DNA of 21,555 nt from Chthoniobacteraceae bacterium (GCA_031409655.1 JANNXQ010000008.1:1-21555); one strand, 5' to 3'; shown: positions 9,401 to 17,112, numbered from the stretch's first letter. Notes: generated by a model not told the origin, from the letters alone. Translations and numbers: made by a program.

Positions 9401-12400
9401 CCGGCGGAAGCGGGATCGCCTCGCTGACCAATTTCAATGGCACGCTTTTTTTTGCGGCGAACAATGGGACCAACGGGCAGGAACTTTGGAAGAGCGACGG
9501 CACCAATGCTGGAACCGTGTTGGTGAAAGACGTTTCAACCGGCACCGCCTCCTCCACACCAGCCAACTTCACCGTCATCGGCGCGACGCTTTATTTCACC
9601 GCGACGGATCCGACCAATGGCATCGAGCTCTGGAAGAGTGATGGCACCACCGCGGGGACCGTGCTCGTCACGAACATCGCGGCTGGCACCACCAACTCCA
9701 GCCCGGCAAACCTGCGCAACGTCAATGGCACCCTCTTCTTCACGGCGAACGACGCCGTGAATGGCGTGGAGCTTTGGAAGAGCGACGGGACGGCCGCAGG
9801 CACCGTCCTCGTGAAGGACATCGTGGCGGGTGCCGTCAACTCCTCACCGGCCAATCTTAACGCCTTGGGCAGCACCCTCATCTTTACGGTCAATGACACG
9901 GTTAACGGCACTGAACTTTGGGCGAGTGATGGCACGCTCGCCGGCACCGCACTCTTGAAGGATATCAACGCCGGCTCCGCAAGCTCCACTCCGAACACTT
10001 TCGTCAGCATGGGAGGCGCACTTTATTTCGCCGCCACCACGGCGGCGGAAGGTTCGGAGTTTTGGAAAACCGACGGCACGGCGGGAGGCACCTTGGTGGT
10101 GAAAAATATTGCCCCGGGGACGACCAGTTCTGCCCCATCGAACCTCACGGTGCTGGGCAGCACGATCTACTTCTCGGCCATCGACTCCACGAATGGTCGG
10201 GAGCCGTGGAAGAGTGACGGAACCCTGGCCGGCACCGTGCTCGTGCGGGACATTGCACCCGGAAATTTAAGCAGCACTCCCACGCTCTTCACCCAGGTCG
10301 GCGCGAGCGTATTTTTTACGGCCGTTGGGGATGGCTTGGTGAACAGGGAACTTTGGAAGACCGATGGCACGGCGATCGGAACTGTGCTGGTGAAGGATAT
10401 CAATCCCGGGACGGCCACCTCGTCGCCCGCGAATCTGGTGAACGTCGCGGGGACGCTGATCTTCGGCGCGAGCGACGGACTGCTGGGGCAGGAACTGTGG
10501 AAGAGCGACGGGACGGTGATCGGGACGGTGATGATCTTCGAGGCTCAGACCGGCTCGAACACCGCGGCGGTGACCAATCTTCGTGCGGTCAATGGCACCC
10601 TGTTCTTCAGCGCCAATGACGGCATCAATGGCCAGGAACTCTGGAAGACCAACGGAACCCTCGCGGGCACCATGCTGGTCAGTAACATCGCGACAACGAC
10701 CACCAGTTCCAATCCGGGAAGCCTAACCAACATCGGCAGCACCCTCTATTTCTCCGCGTTCGAATCCACCAATGGAACGGAGCTTTGGAAGAGCGATGGA
10801 ACCACTGTGGGCACGATGCTGGTCAGCAATATCGCAACGACAACTACCAGCAGTTCGCCGACGTTGCTGACTCCGGTTGGCGCCACGCTGTTTTTCTCAG
10901 CGACTAGTGGAACCATTGGCGCCGAACTTTGGAAGAGCGATGGTTCTGCCGCTGGGACGGTGCTCGTGGAGGATATCAACGCCACAGCTTCGACTGGCTC
11001 CTCGCTCGCCAACCTCACGAACTTCAATGGCACCCTCTTCTTCTCCGCCAACGACGGAGTCAATGGCCAGGAACTTTGGAAGAGCGACGGGACCGCTGTG
11101 GGCACGGACATCGTGGTGGATATCAACCCGGGTAGCGTCAACTCGTCGCCCGCGAACTTCAGGGTGATCGGGTCCTTGCTTTTCTTCACGGCCACCACGG
11201 CTGCCAATGGCAACGAGTTGTGGGTGACCGACGGGACGGCGGCGGGTACGGTTCCTGTTTTGGACATCATCGCCGGAACCGGCAGTGCGGCGCCAGCAAA
11301 CCTCACGGTCGTTGGCAGCACCTTGTTTTTCAGTGCGACCAATGGAGCGGCGGTCAACGGCACGGAGTTGTGGAAAAGCGATGGCACCGCTGCTGGTACG
11401 GTGCTCGTCAAGGACATCAACCCCGGTACCGTTAGTTCCTCACCAACCGCTCTCGCCAATATCAATGGCACGCTTTACTTCCGCGCCACCACCGCCACTG
11501 AGGGAGCCGAGCTTTGGAAGAGTGACGGGACGAATGCCGGCACGGTGCTGGTCAGTAACATCAGCCCGGGCACGGCGAGTTCCCTGCCGACTGCGATCAC
11601 GAATGTCTATGGCATCGCGTATCTGAATGCCACCACGGCAGCGACCGGCGCGGAGCTTTGGCAAAGCGACGGCTCTGGGCCGGGCACCACGCAGATCTTC
11701 GACCTGATGGCGGGCGCCACGAACTCTGGTCCGGCGAATCTCACGGTCCTCGGCACCCTGCTCTTCTTTACGGCGCGCGGACCGGAACTCGGCACCTCGG
11801 AACTCTATGTCGTGAATGCGGCCGCCCCGCCGGATATCACTGTGGAGCAGCCGGCCGGAATTGGCCTCGTGGATGGCTCGGCAACCGTCAACTTTGGCTC
11901 CGCGGCCCTCGGCTCAAACAGCAGCCTCCAATTCACGATCCGGAACACCGGAACCGCCGACGTCATCGGACTTGCGCTCTCCATCGATGGCAGCAACGCG
12001 GGCGATTTCTCGGTAACGGCTAACCCGGTGGCGCCGGTGACTGCAAGCGGCAGCACAACGTTCACGGTGCAATTCAGCCCATCCTTATCCGGAGTCCGGA
12101 ACGCCAATCTGCACATTACGAGCAACGATCCGGATGAAAGCCCATTCGACATTAGTCTGACCGGAATGGGAACCGGGACGGTCGCGTTCAGTGTCCCCGA
12201 GCGGATCTATTACAAGTTCGATGGTTCCGGCACTTCAGTGCCGAACCTGGCTTCCGCGCCAGTCGGAGCGAACCCAGCCACCATCCAGGGCGCCATGACT
12301 CAGGGCGGCGTCGGTCAGTTCGGAGGAGGGCTTCGCGGCTCCGGCGGGGTGTCTTCGACGGACCGCCTCAATACGGGCTGGGCCACGAGCCTGAGCGGCA

Positions 12401-13578
12401 GTTGGACCATCGCGCTCTATCTGAATAACATCCAGCCCAGTGCGACTTTGTTCTACTTCTTCGGCGATAGCGCGGCGAGCGGCTTCCGCTGTTTTACGAA
12501 TGGCGTCGCGGGCGCCAATAACCTGATCCTGAGAGGGACTGGGATCACGGACGTCCCCGTGAGCAATGCAGCCGTGGCGACTGCGACGGTAACACACTTC
12601 GTGTACGATGCGTCTGTTCCGGAAATCCGCGCCTACTTGAATGGGGTGCTGGTGAATACGGTGGCCCAAGGTGCCATCACGATCTCCGGAGCTGGACCGT
12701 TTCTCGTCGGTGGCTATTCGGCAAACACTGGGATTCCAGCGGGCGGCGTTCTTGATGAGTTCAGACTCTACAATCGCGCATTGTCGGCCGCGGAAGTGGG
12801 CGTCACTTGGAATGCCACCTTGCCGCTCGCCAGCGCGATGCCGGAGATCGCCGTGGAACAACCGGCCGGTACGGGACTCTTCGATGGTACTAGCACGATC
12901 AACTTCGGCCCGGTGGCGCAGGGTGCCAGCGCCCTCCGGACGTTCACCATCCGGAATGTCGGCACCGCCGACCTGACCGGCCTCAGCGTGAACAAAGACG
13001 GCGCGAACAATGCGGACTTCGCCCTTGGATCGCTCGGCGCGACGACGCTGACCGCTGGCGCGAGCACGACGTTCGGCGTGACCTTTGCCCCTGGCGGCGC
13101 AGGCGCGCGCAATGCGGCAATCCACATCGCCAGCAACGATGGCGACGAGAATCCGTTCGACGTGTCTTTAACCGGCATCGGATTGACCCATCTGGAAGGG
13201 TGGCGGCTCCTGAACTTCGGAAGCTCCGCCAACACCGGCGCCGGTGCCAGTGCCAACGACTTCGAGTTCGATGGCCTGTCGAACTTCCTGGAGTTCTGCC
13301 TCAGTAAGGATCCGAAGCAGTCTTCACAGCCCGCCTATTCTCTCATCCGAAATGGGAGCAACCTTGAGTTCTCCTACACGAGGGCCAAGGCCGCGTTGTC
13401 CGATGGCGTTGTCTTCGCTGTCGAATGGATCGATGACCTCAACCTGACGACCTGGAGCACAAGCGGCGTGAGCGAACTGGTGCTCACCGACAACGGAGTG
13501 GTGCAGCAGGTCCGAGCCACTCTGCCAGTTGGCCCGAATGGTCTGCGATTCGTGAGACTCAGGGCGACGGATTTCTGA
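6427..13578 (+). CDS. Large secreted/surface mosaic protein (~2383 aa): N-terminal domain of unknown function, 5 choice-of-anchor-D/ASH-type Ig-like modules, ELWxxDGT repeats, LamG-like jelly-roll, C-terminal verrucomicrobial-type tail
   Basis: ORF 6391..13578; the ATG at 6427 is preferred over the TTG at 6391. Signal peptide ..AVLLAFVVVAACLAGPAFG/QQ. N-domain motifs PPDVTGDVGPNHFIQMVN, GDPIVVYD..DRW, DYPK, RWMGS, RWGDY. Five EI.VEQP...SND.DE.PFDI.L.G modules. LamG-like signature AYLNG..GVLDEFRLYNRALSAAEV. Confidence 0.92.
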   Translation: MKTNLSCRSASFRRKADRKLFNLLTVRRAVLLAFVVVAACLAGPAFGQQTQAPVFVGAPVTPIRVTVKPAAVTQPAPASAGEAITVPEGEPLPTVAPPPHQPIFDPVFQQSRQRVVKKGGGLFTDSVSAPIVNVPGITSGSNPPDVTGDVGPNHFIQMVNATRFQIFNKAGAPLTAALLFGDLWTPPTGNAGDPIVVYDHLADRWVLTQFFSGGMYFAVSETPDPTAGTWFLYEFNTSTGLPDYPKIGVWPDAFYMSTFESGLGIYAFDRVKMLAGLPAGFVKTTISGLTPSPGIRDTRILPVDLDGPPPPVGTPGYFVRTVDSQQDISNPSDRVEIYEARVNWTGPTFSFPLVNTLAPAAFNTMVGNRNGGGVRDMIPQPNTTATVDSLSNRPMMQLKYRYFGSTAKMVFCQTVDISGSIPALLGFTPADEVAGIRWYQLDKPGANWTIEQQGTFGDQPPGATNESQLLHRWMGSAAMNGAGDLAIGYSICNDDDTNPIFPGIRYTGRVASDPPGTLLQGEGVILNGTTSKGANGSFGNRWGDYAQMGVDPTDDTTFWFTTHVATGATQIASFTVSLPTGPEILVEQPVSNALLDGVGSRNFGVLPPGGSATLTFTIRSIGAGDLTGLSVSKDGANSADFTVGLLGVTTLPTGASATFTVTFTPGALGTRNAAIRIASNDPDENPFDIALEGTALLQEIMVEQPAGTDLVDGTATRDYGFVTLGSTPALTFTIRNVGGADLTGLSVTKDGANSGDFTVGALGAVTLPGEGSTTFTVTFAPGAQGVRNAAIHIASNDADENPFDIALSGTGFLPEIAVEQPEGTNLTDGVSTVAYGNVLVGAASVKRFAIKNAGIGPLTVSSANINGTNAAEFALGTLSATSLQAGETAYLDVTFSPLSAIAKSAALHIVSTDPNESPFDIALTGTGATLGGPVSLLRDINRTANGLAPGVPVVIGGVAFFTGTAINEGTELWRSDGTAAGTFLVRDILAGTGGSGIASLTNFNGTLFFAANNGTNGQELWKSDGTNAGTVLVKDVSTGTASSTPANFTVIGATLYFTATDPTNGIELWKSDGTTAGTVLVTNIAAGTTNSSPANLRNVNGTLFFTANDAVNGVELWKSDGTAAGTVLVKDIVAGAVNSSPANLNALGSTLIFTVNDTVNGTELWASDGTLAGTALLKDINAGSASSTPNTFVSMGGALYFAATTAAEGSEFWKTDGTAGGTLVVKNIAPGTTSSAPSNLTVLGSTIYFSAIDSTNGREPWKSDGTLAGTVLVRDIAPGNLSSTPTLFTQVGASVFFTAVGDGLVNRELWKTDGTAIGTVLVKDINPGTATSSPANLVNVAGTLIFGASDGLLGQELWKSDGTVIGTVMIFEAQTGSNTAAVTNLRAVNGTLFFSANDGINGQELWKTNGTLAGTMLVSNIATTTTSSNPGSLTNIGSTLYFSAFESTNGTELWKSDGTTVGTMLVSNIATTTTSSSPTLLTPVGATLFFSATSGTIGAELWKSDGSAAGTVLVEDINATASTGSSLANLTNFNGTLFFSANDGVNGQELWKSDGTAVGTDIVVDINPGSVNSSPANFRVIGSLLFFTATTAANGNELWVTDGTAAGTVPVLDIIAGTGSAAPANLTVVGSTLFFSATNGAAVNGTELWKSDGTAAGTVLVKDINPGTVSSSPTALANINGTLYFRATTATEGAELWKSDGTNAGTVLVSNISPGTASSLPTAITNVYGIAYLNATTAATGAELWQSDGSGPGTTQIFDLMAGATNSGPANLTVLGTLLFFTARGPELGTSELYVVNAAAPPDITVEQPAGIGLVDGSATVNFGSAALGSNSSLQFTIRNTGTADVIGLALSIDGSNAGDFSVTANPVAPVTASGSTTFTVQFSPSLSGVRNANLHITSNDPDESPFDISLTGMGTGTVAFSVPERIYYKFDGSGTSVPNLASAPVGANPATIQGAMTQGGVGQFGGGLRGSGGVSSTDRLNTGWATSLSGSWTIALYLNNIQPSATLFYFFGDSAASGFRCFTNGVAGANNLILRGTGITDVPVSNAAVATATVTHFVYDASVPEIRAYLNGVLVNTVAQGAITISGAGPFLVGGYSANTGIPAGGVLDEFRLYNRALSAAEVGVTWNATLPLASAMPEIAVEQPAGTGLFDGTSTINFGPVAQGASALRTFTIRNVGTADLTGLSVNKDGANNADFALGSLGATTLTAGASTTFGVTFAPGGAGARNAAIHIASNDGDENPFDVSLTGIGLTHLEGWRLLNFGSSANTGAGASANDFEFDGLSNFLEFCLSKDPKQSSQPAYSLIRNGSNLEFSYTRAKAALSDGVVFAVEWIDDLNLTTWSTSGVSELVLTDNGVVQQVRATLPVGPNGLRFVRLRATDF
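8167..9205 (+). repeat. Three tandem ~115-aa choice-of-anchor-D/ASH-type Ig-like modules (two more at ~11830-12180 and ~12841-13180)
   Basis: Repeated pattern EIxVEQP-x-G/N-x-x-LxDG...FTIRNxG..DLTGLSV.KDGANS.DF...RNAAI.IASND.DENPFDI.L.G in the translation. Confidence 0.85.
9232..11820 (+). repeat. ELWxxDGT coding repeat region: 17 clear ~48-aa repeats plus one degenerate terminal copy
   Basis: 17 ELW(K/R)(S/T)DGT-like motifs counted in the translation, from TELWRSDGT to AELWQSDGS, then the degenerate SELYVV. Confidence 0.93.
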
Positions 13579-13636
13579 GCGCGCACCCGCTCCGCGCGCG
13601 GACGGAAATCTCGGGCCCTTTGGCCGCGCCGATCCG

Positions 13637-14554
13637 TCACCCAGCGTGATTCCACGCGAGTAGTTCGCGGGCGGCGGCTCCGACCTTTTCCTGAAGATCG
13701 GCGGGAAGATCGCGGAGCAGCGGCAAGGCCGGGCCGGTGGCGGCGATGCCAGCTCCGGCGACGGCGTGATGGAGCACGGGGATGGGGCCGTGGGCGTTGC
13801 GCAGGACTTCGAGGAGGTTGAATTTTTCGCGGATTGCTTCGGCCTTGGCGAGGTCGCCGGCTTGGAGCGCAAGGAGCATTTCCTGCGAGCGGCGCGGGGC
13901 CACGCACACGCAGCCGCTGGTGAAAGCCTGCACCCCGAATTTCGTCCAGTGAATCACGGCGGGCTGCTCACCGATGCCGCTGACGATAAGCGCGGGATCG
14001 ACCGCATCCACGAGGCTCGCGAGGAGATCATCTTTCGCGGGATCGTCGCGGACCACGGCGTATTTGATCCACGAGATCGCGCCGGCAGCGACGAGCGCGC
14101 GCACCACTTCCGGCGTTACGTAGCCAGCGTCTTTGATGTAGAGGACGATCGGGCGTCCGAGTTTCTCGACGATCCGCAGCACCCCGTTGCGCACGCCTTC
14201 CGGTGAACTCACCGCGACCGTCGGGAGGAGCATTGCGGTCGGAAAATTTTTGCGCGCGAGGATCGCGGCCTGATCCATGGCGGTGCCGAAGTAGGGTCCG
14301 ATGCTCGGGACGATCCAGGTATCGGTCGCGGCCCCGGCCTCGAGTTGATCGAGCACGGTTTCAAATTCACTCAGCGCGATGTTGTAGAAGTTGGCATTGC
14401 CGCCGTAGAGGAGCGTCGTCACGCCGCCGGCTTCGAGGTGCTTGATGACCTTGGCATTTTCCGCGGCGACGGGCTGCAGCGCGGCATCCCGGCAGAGTGG
14501 GGGGACGGAGATGATGGAAGTGCGAAGGTCGGCGGGTGAGCAGGTCGTTTTCAT
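13637..14554 (-). CDS. Dihydrodipicolinate synthase/N-acetylneuraminate lyase family class I aldolase-like protein, 305 aa
   Basis: Start moved to the ATG at 14554 (MKTTCSPADLRTSIISVPP) because the ORF-track extension runs through the hairpin repeat. Family layout is recognisable: GVTTLLYGGNANFY, PIVLYIK (Tyr) and SWIKYA (probable Schiff-base Lys). Confidence 0.88.
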   Translation of the reverse strand: MKTTCSPADLRTSIISVPPLCRDAALQPVAAENAKVIKHLEAGGVTTLLYGGNANFYNIALSEFETVLDQLEAGAATDTWIVPSIGPYFGTAMDQAAILARKNFPTAMLLPTVAVSSPEGVRNGVLRIVEKLGRPIVLYIKDAGYVTPEVVRALVAAGAISWIKYAVVRDDPAKDDLLASLVDAVDPALIVSGIGEQPAVIHWTKFGVQAFTSGCVCVAPRRSQEMLLALQAGDLAKAEAIREKFNLLEVLRNAHGPIPVLHHAVAGAGIAATGPALPLLRDLPADLQEKVGAAARELLAWNHAG

Positions 14555-14582
14555 CGGGAGGCGCAGGCTAGGAGCCAAAGGC

Positions 14583-14723
14583 GAAAGTGGAAAGTGGAAT
14601 GGAGGCGGGGGAATTTCAGATTTCAGATTGCAGATGGTGGTCGGCGCTGATCGCCAATCTGCAATCTGCAATCTGCGATCTGAAATCCGCCCTGCCATTC
14701 CACTTCCCACTTTCACTTTCCAC
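14583..14723. repeat. Imperfect 141-bp inverted repeat built from tandem heptamers
   Basis: Left arm (GAAAGTG)2 GAATGG AGGCGG..(ATTTCAG)2 ATTGCAG AT pairs with right arm (AATCTGC)3 GATCTGAAAT CCGCC..CCATTC CACTTCC CACTTT CACTTTC CAC. Confidence 0.9.
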
Positions 14724-14738
14724 TGTCACCGTCGGGTC

Positions 14739-15995
14739 ATGTCCACGGTCGAAAGAGCCGGAGTATTCATCGCTTACCACTACCCGGAGAAGCGGTGGCT
14801 CGATCGCGTCCAGGCTTCCCTAAAGCCGATCGCGGAGTGCGACCGTGCCGTCATCTGGGACGATCGAAAGGTGATGTCAGGCACGGCCTGGAAGACCGAA
14901 CTGGCCGACGCCCTCGCGGGCGCGAAGCTGGCCATCCTGGTCGTCAGCGATTCCTTTTTGCAGTCGGGATTCATCAGCCGCGCAAAGCTGCCGGCGATGC
15001 TCGATCGGGAACGGGAGAATGGCTTGAAGATCTGCTGGGTGCTCGCCGGCTACTGTCTTTTTTCCGTTGCGGGGCTGCGCACGGATGAGGCGGGAAATGG
15101 GATCAACTCCGCGCTCGACGGCCTCAATGGAGCGGGTCGCGATGCCGCGCTGGCCGAGTTTGCGAGGAAGGTGGCGCTCCTGCTCGGGGTGCCGCTGGAA
15201 GCGGCCGCGCCTGCGCCCGCGCCCGTACCCCTCGTCACCCCGGTCGCTCCCGCCGAGTCGATCGCGGCGAAGACTCCGGCCGCGCCCGTGGAATCAAAAG
15301 TGGAGCTGACCCCGATCGCTTCGCCAGAAACAGCGGAGGTGAAGCCGGGAAAAAAACAGCGCAAGCGTGTGGCGCCCGCGAAAGCTTCGACGGCGGAGGA
15401 ATTGCCGCTCGAGCTCGTGCCCGTGACCACGCCGGAGGCGCCACCCGAGTTGCGCCTGCCACCGCCGCCACCGCCGCAGCCGCAGTTGCAATTTCCCGGA
15501 CCAAAGCCGCAGACCCACCTCATCCTCCCGCCCGTGGCACCCGCTCCGGCTGCGACCGCTATCGCAGCCGCGCCCGCGCCCGAGCCGGCCCCTTTCAAAC
15601 CTCTCGCCCCGATCCCGGCGACCGCCCCCGCCCAGGCGCCGCCGGTGCTGCGTTCCGAGTCACCGATTCTCCCCGCACTGGACGGTGTGATCGAGGCCCG
15701 CGGCGAGACCATCGTCCTCCTGCGGAAAGTCGCGCGCTGGCTGAAGCTCGGGGCGCTGGGCCTGGTCGTGATCTCCATCCCGGTGAGCCTCTTTGCCGGT
15801 CTTACGCATTTCCTTTTCGTCTTTGGCTTCGCTGTCTTCGTCGCTGCGCTGGCGCTTTTTCTCCATACCCATATCGACGTGCTCGGCCAGCATCTCGTGG
15901 GTCTGCGCTACGCCCGCAGTGGCCTCGCCGATGAACTGCTGCCGAGCCGGCAACGCGAACCGCTGCTCCGCAAAGCGGCGGAAGTGCTCGGGTGA
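14739..15995 (+). CDS. TIR (TIR_2-like) domain protein with a Pro/Ala-rich linker and two C-terminal TM helices, 418 aa
   Basis: From the ATG at 14739: VFIAYHYPEKRWLDRVQASLKP..IWDDRKVMSGTAWKTELADALAGAKLAILVVSDSFLQSGFISRAKLP follows the bacterial TIR pattern VFISYSH.D..W..L...W.D..I..G..W..EI..AL..A..A.LLVS..FL.S.FI...ELP. A long PA-rich tract follows, then a hydrophobic hairpin at ~15738-15875. Confidence 0.85.
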   Translation: MSTVERAGVFIAYHYPEKRWLDRVQASLKPIAECDRAVIWDDRKVMSGTAWKTELADALAGAKLAILVVSDSFLQSGFISRAKLPAMLDRERENGLKICWVLAGYCLFSVAGLRTDEAGNGINSALDGLNGAGRDAALAEFARKVALLLGVPLEAAAPAPAPVPLVTPVAPAESIAAKTPAAPVESKVELTPIASPETAEVKPGKKQRKRVAPAKASTAEELPLELVPVTTPEAPPELRLPPPPPPQPQLQFPGPKPQTHLILPPVAPAPAATAIAAAPAPEPAPFKPLAPIPATAPAQAPPVLRSESPILPALDGVIEARGETIVLLRKVARWLKLGALGLVVISIPVSLFAGLTHFLFVFGFAVFVAALALFLHTHIDVLGQHLVGLRYARSGLADELLPSRQREPLLRKAAEVLG

Positions 15996-16037
15996 ACCCG
16001 TCCGTGATCCATCGTCAGCCGTCCGTCGAAACAACTT

Positions 16038-16880
16038 ATGCCCGCACCCAACGCCGATCTCGAACAGTCGCTCTTCCGCGCCAACCAAAAGGAAACCCGG
16101 CTGCGCCAGCGCGCCTTGCTCGCGCTGCTCCTGCCCGTGGCGGTCGGCGCCGTCTGGTTGATCTACTCCTCCGTCGTCGTCACCCATTTGCAGAGTGAAG
16201 CGCGCGAGGTCACGGCGAGAGAGGCCGCGCTCGAGGCCCGCGAGACGGAATCGCAACGGCAAGTCGCCGACGCCGATGCCCGCCGCACCGCCGCGGAGGG
16301 CTTGGTGAAAGCGGCGCAGGACGGCGAGACGGAAGCCAAAGCGCGCTCTGCGGAGATCGAGCGGCAGCTCGTGAAGGTGCGCGAAGTCATCGGTCCGGTC
16401 GGGACCTTGCTCAGCGACATCACCGCGGCGAAGACCGCCGCCGCCAAGCTGAACGCCAGTGAGGTGGTCGAATCCCAACTCACCGGGATCCGCACCCGGC
16501 TGGGCACCGCCCTGGGCCGGATCGAACAGGAGATCGACAAAGGACTGCCCCAGAACGAGCAGAAGCCGCGCGTCTATCTTTTCATCACCGACGAAGCGCA
16601 ACGCTCCGCCGCCAAGGCGCTCGCTCCCGTGCTCGAGAGCGCCGGCTACGATGTGGCCGATATTTCAAAAAGCACCGTCCGCCGCACCGAAGGCACCGAG
16701 GTCCGCTACTTCCGCGATCCCGTGGATAAGCCGGAAGCCGCGCGCATCCTCGAGATGGTGGCCAGGCAGACCGGTTTCACGGACGCCAAAGTCACGAAGA
16801 GCACCGACCCCGATCAGTCCCTCGGCAGCCGGAGATTTCAGATCTGGCTGAGCAAGCCGCCGCCAGTGGCGTCGAAGTAG
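16038..16880 (+). CDS. Membrane protein: N-terminal TM, coiled coil, C-terminal LytR_C-like alpha/beta domain, 280 aa
   Basis: TM segment ALLALLLPVAVGAVWLIYSSVVV, then an E/A/R-rich helical region, then C-terminal PRVYLFI..EAQRSAA..L..AGYDV...TEVRYFRD..DKPEA. Lies 42 bp downstream of the TIR gene on the same strand. The CDS call is firm; the domain name is tentative. Confidence 0.75.
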   Translation: MPAPNADLEQSLFRANQKETRLRQRALLALLLPVAVGAVWLIYSSVVVTHLQSEAREVTAREAALEARETESQRQVADADARRTAAEGLVKAAQDGETEAKARSAEIERQLVKVREVIGPVGTLLSDITAAKTAAAKLNASEVVESQLTGIRTRLGTALGRIEQEIDKGLPQNEQKPRVYLFITDEAQRSAAKALAPVLESAGYDVADISKSTVRRTEGTEVRYFRDPVDKPEAARILEMVARQTGFTDAKVTKSTDPDQSLGSRRFQIWLSKPPPVASK

Positions 16881-16988
16881 CGCGGCCTCCCGGCCCGGCC
16901 CGGCAGGGTGGGTCAGCGGGCTCGGGGAGAGAGGACGGAGGCGATGAAATTGCTGAGGATGCGGAGGCCGACGGCCTGGCTTTTCCAC

Positions 16989-17112
16989 CTCGTTCCCAAA
17001 CTCCGTTTGGGAATGCACCTGTCTTCGCAACTCCGTTGCCCGGACGGCGACCAGCCACCGCGAAACGAAGTTTCGTCCGCAACGACATTCCCAAACGGAG
17101 TTTGGGAACGAG
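16989..17112. repeat. 124-bp REP/REPIN- or MITE-like palindromic element
   Basis: Perfect 27-bp terminal inverted repeats: CTCGTTCCCAAACTCCGTTTGGGAATG (16989-17015) and its exact reverse complement (17086-17112). Each is itself a hairpin. Two related inner hairpins, GCAACTCCGTTGC and GAAACGAAGTTTC. Confidence 0.9.

Noticed and set aside
13579..13636. Intrinsic terminator between the convergent genes (TCCGCGCGCGGA palindrome)
   Set aside because: Short GC palindrome without a convincing U-tract on either strand; it could arise by chance at this GC content.
14442..14738. N-terminal extensions of the TIR ORF (from 14442) and the aldolase ORF (from 14716)
   Set aside because: They overlap each other and translate the heptamer hairpin. 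Family similarity begins at ATG 14739 and ATG 14554 respectively.
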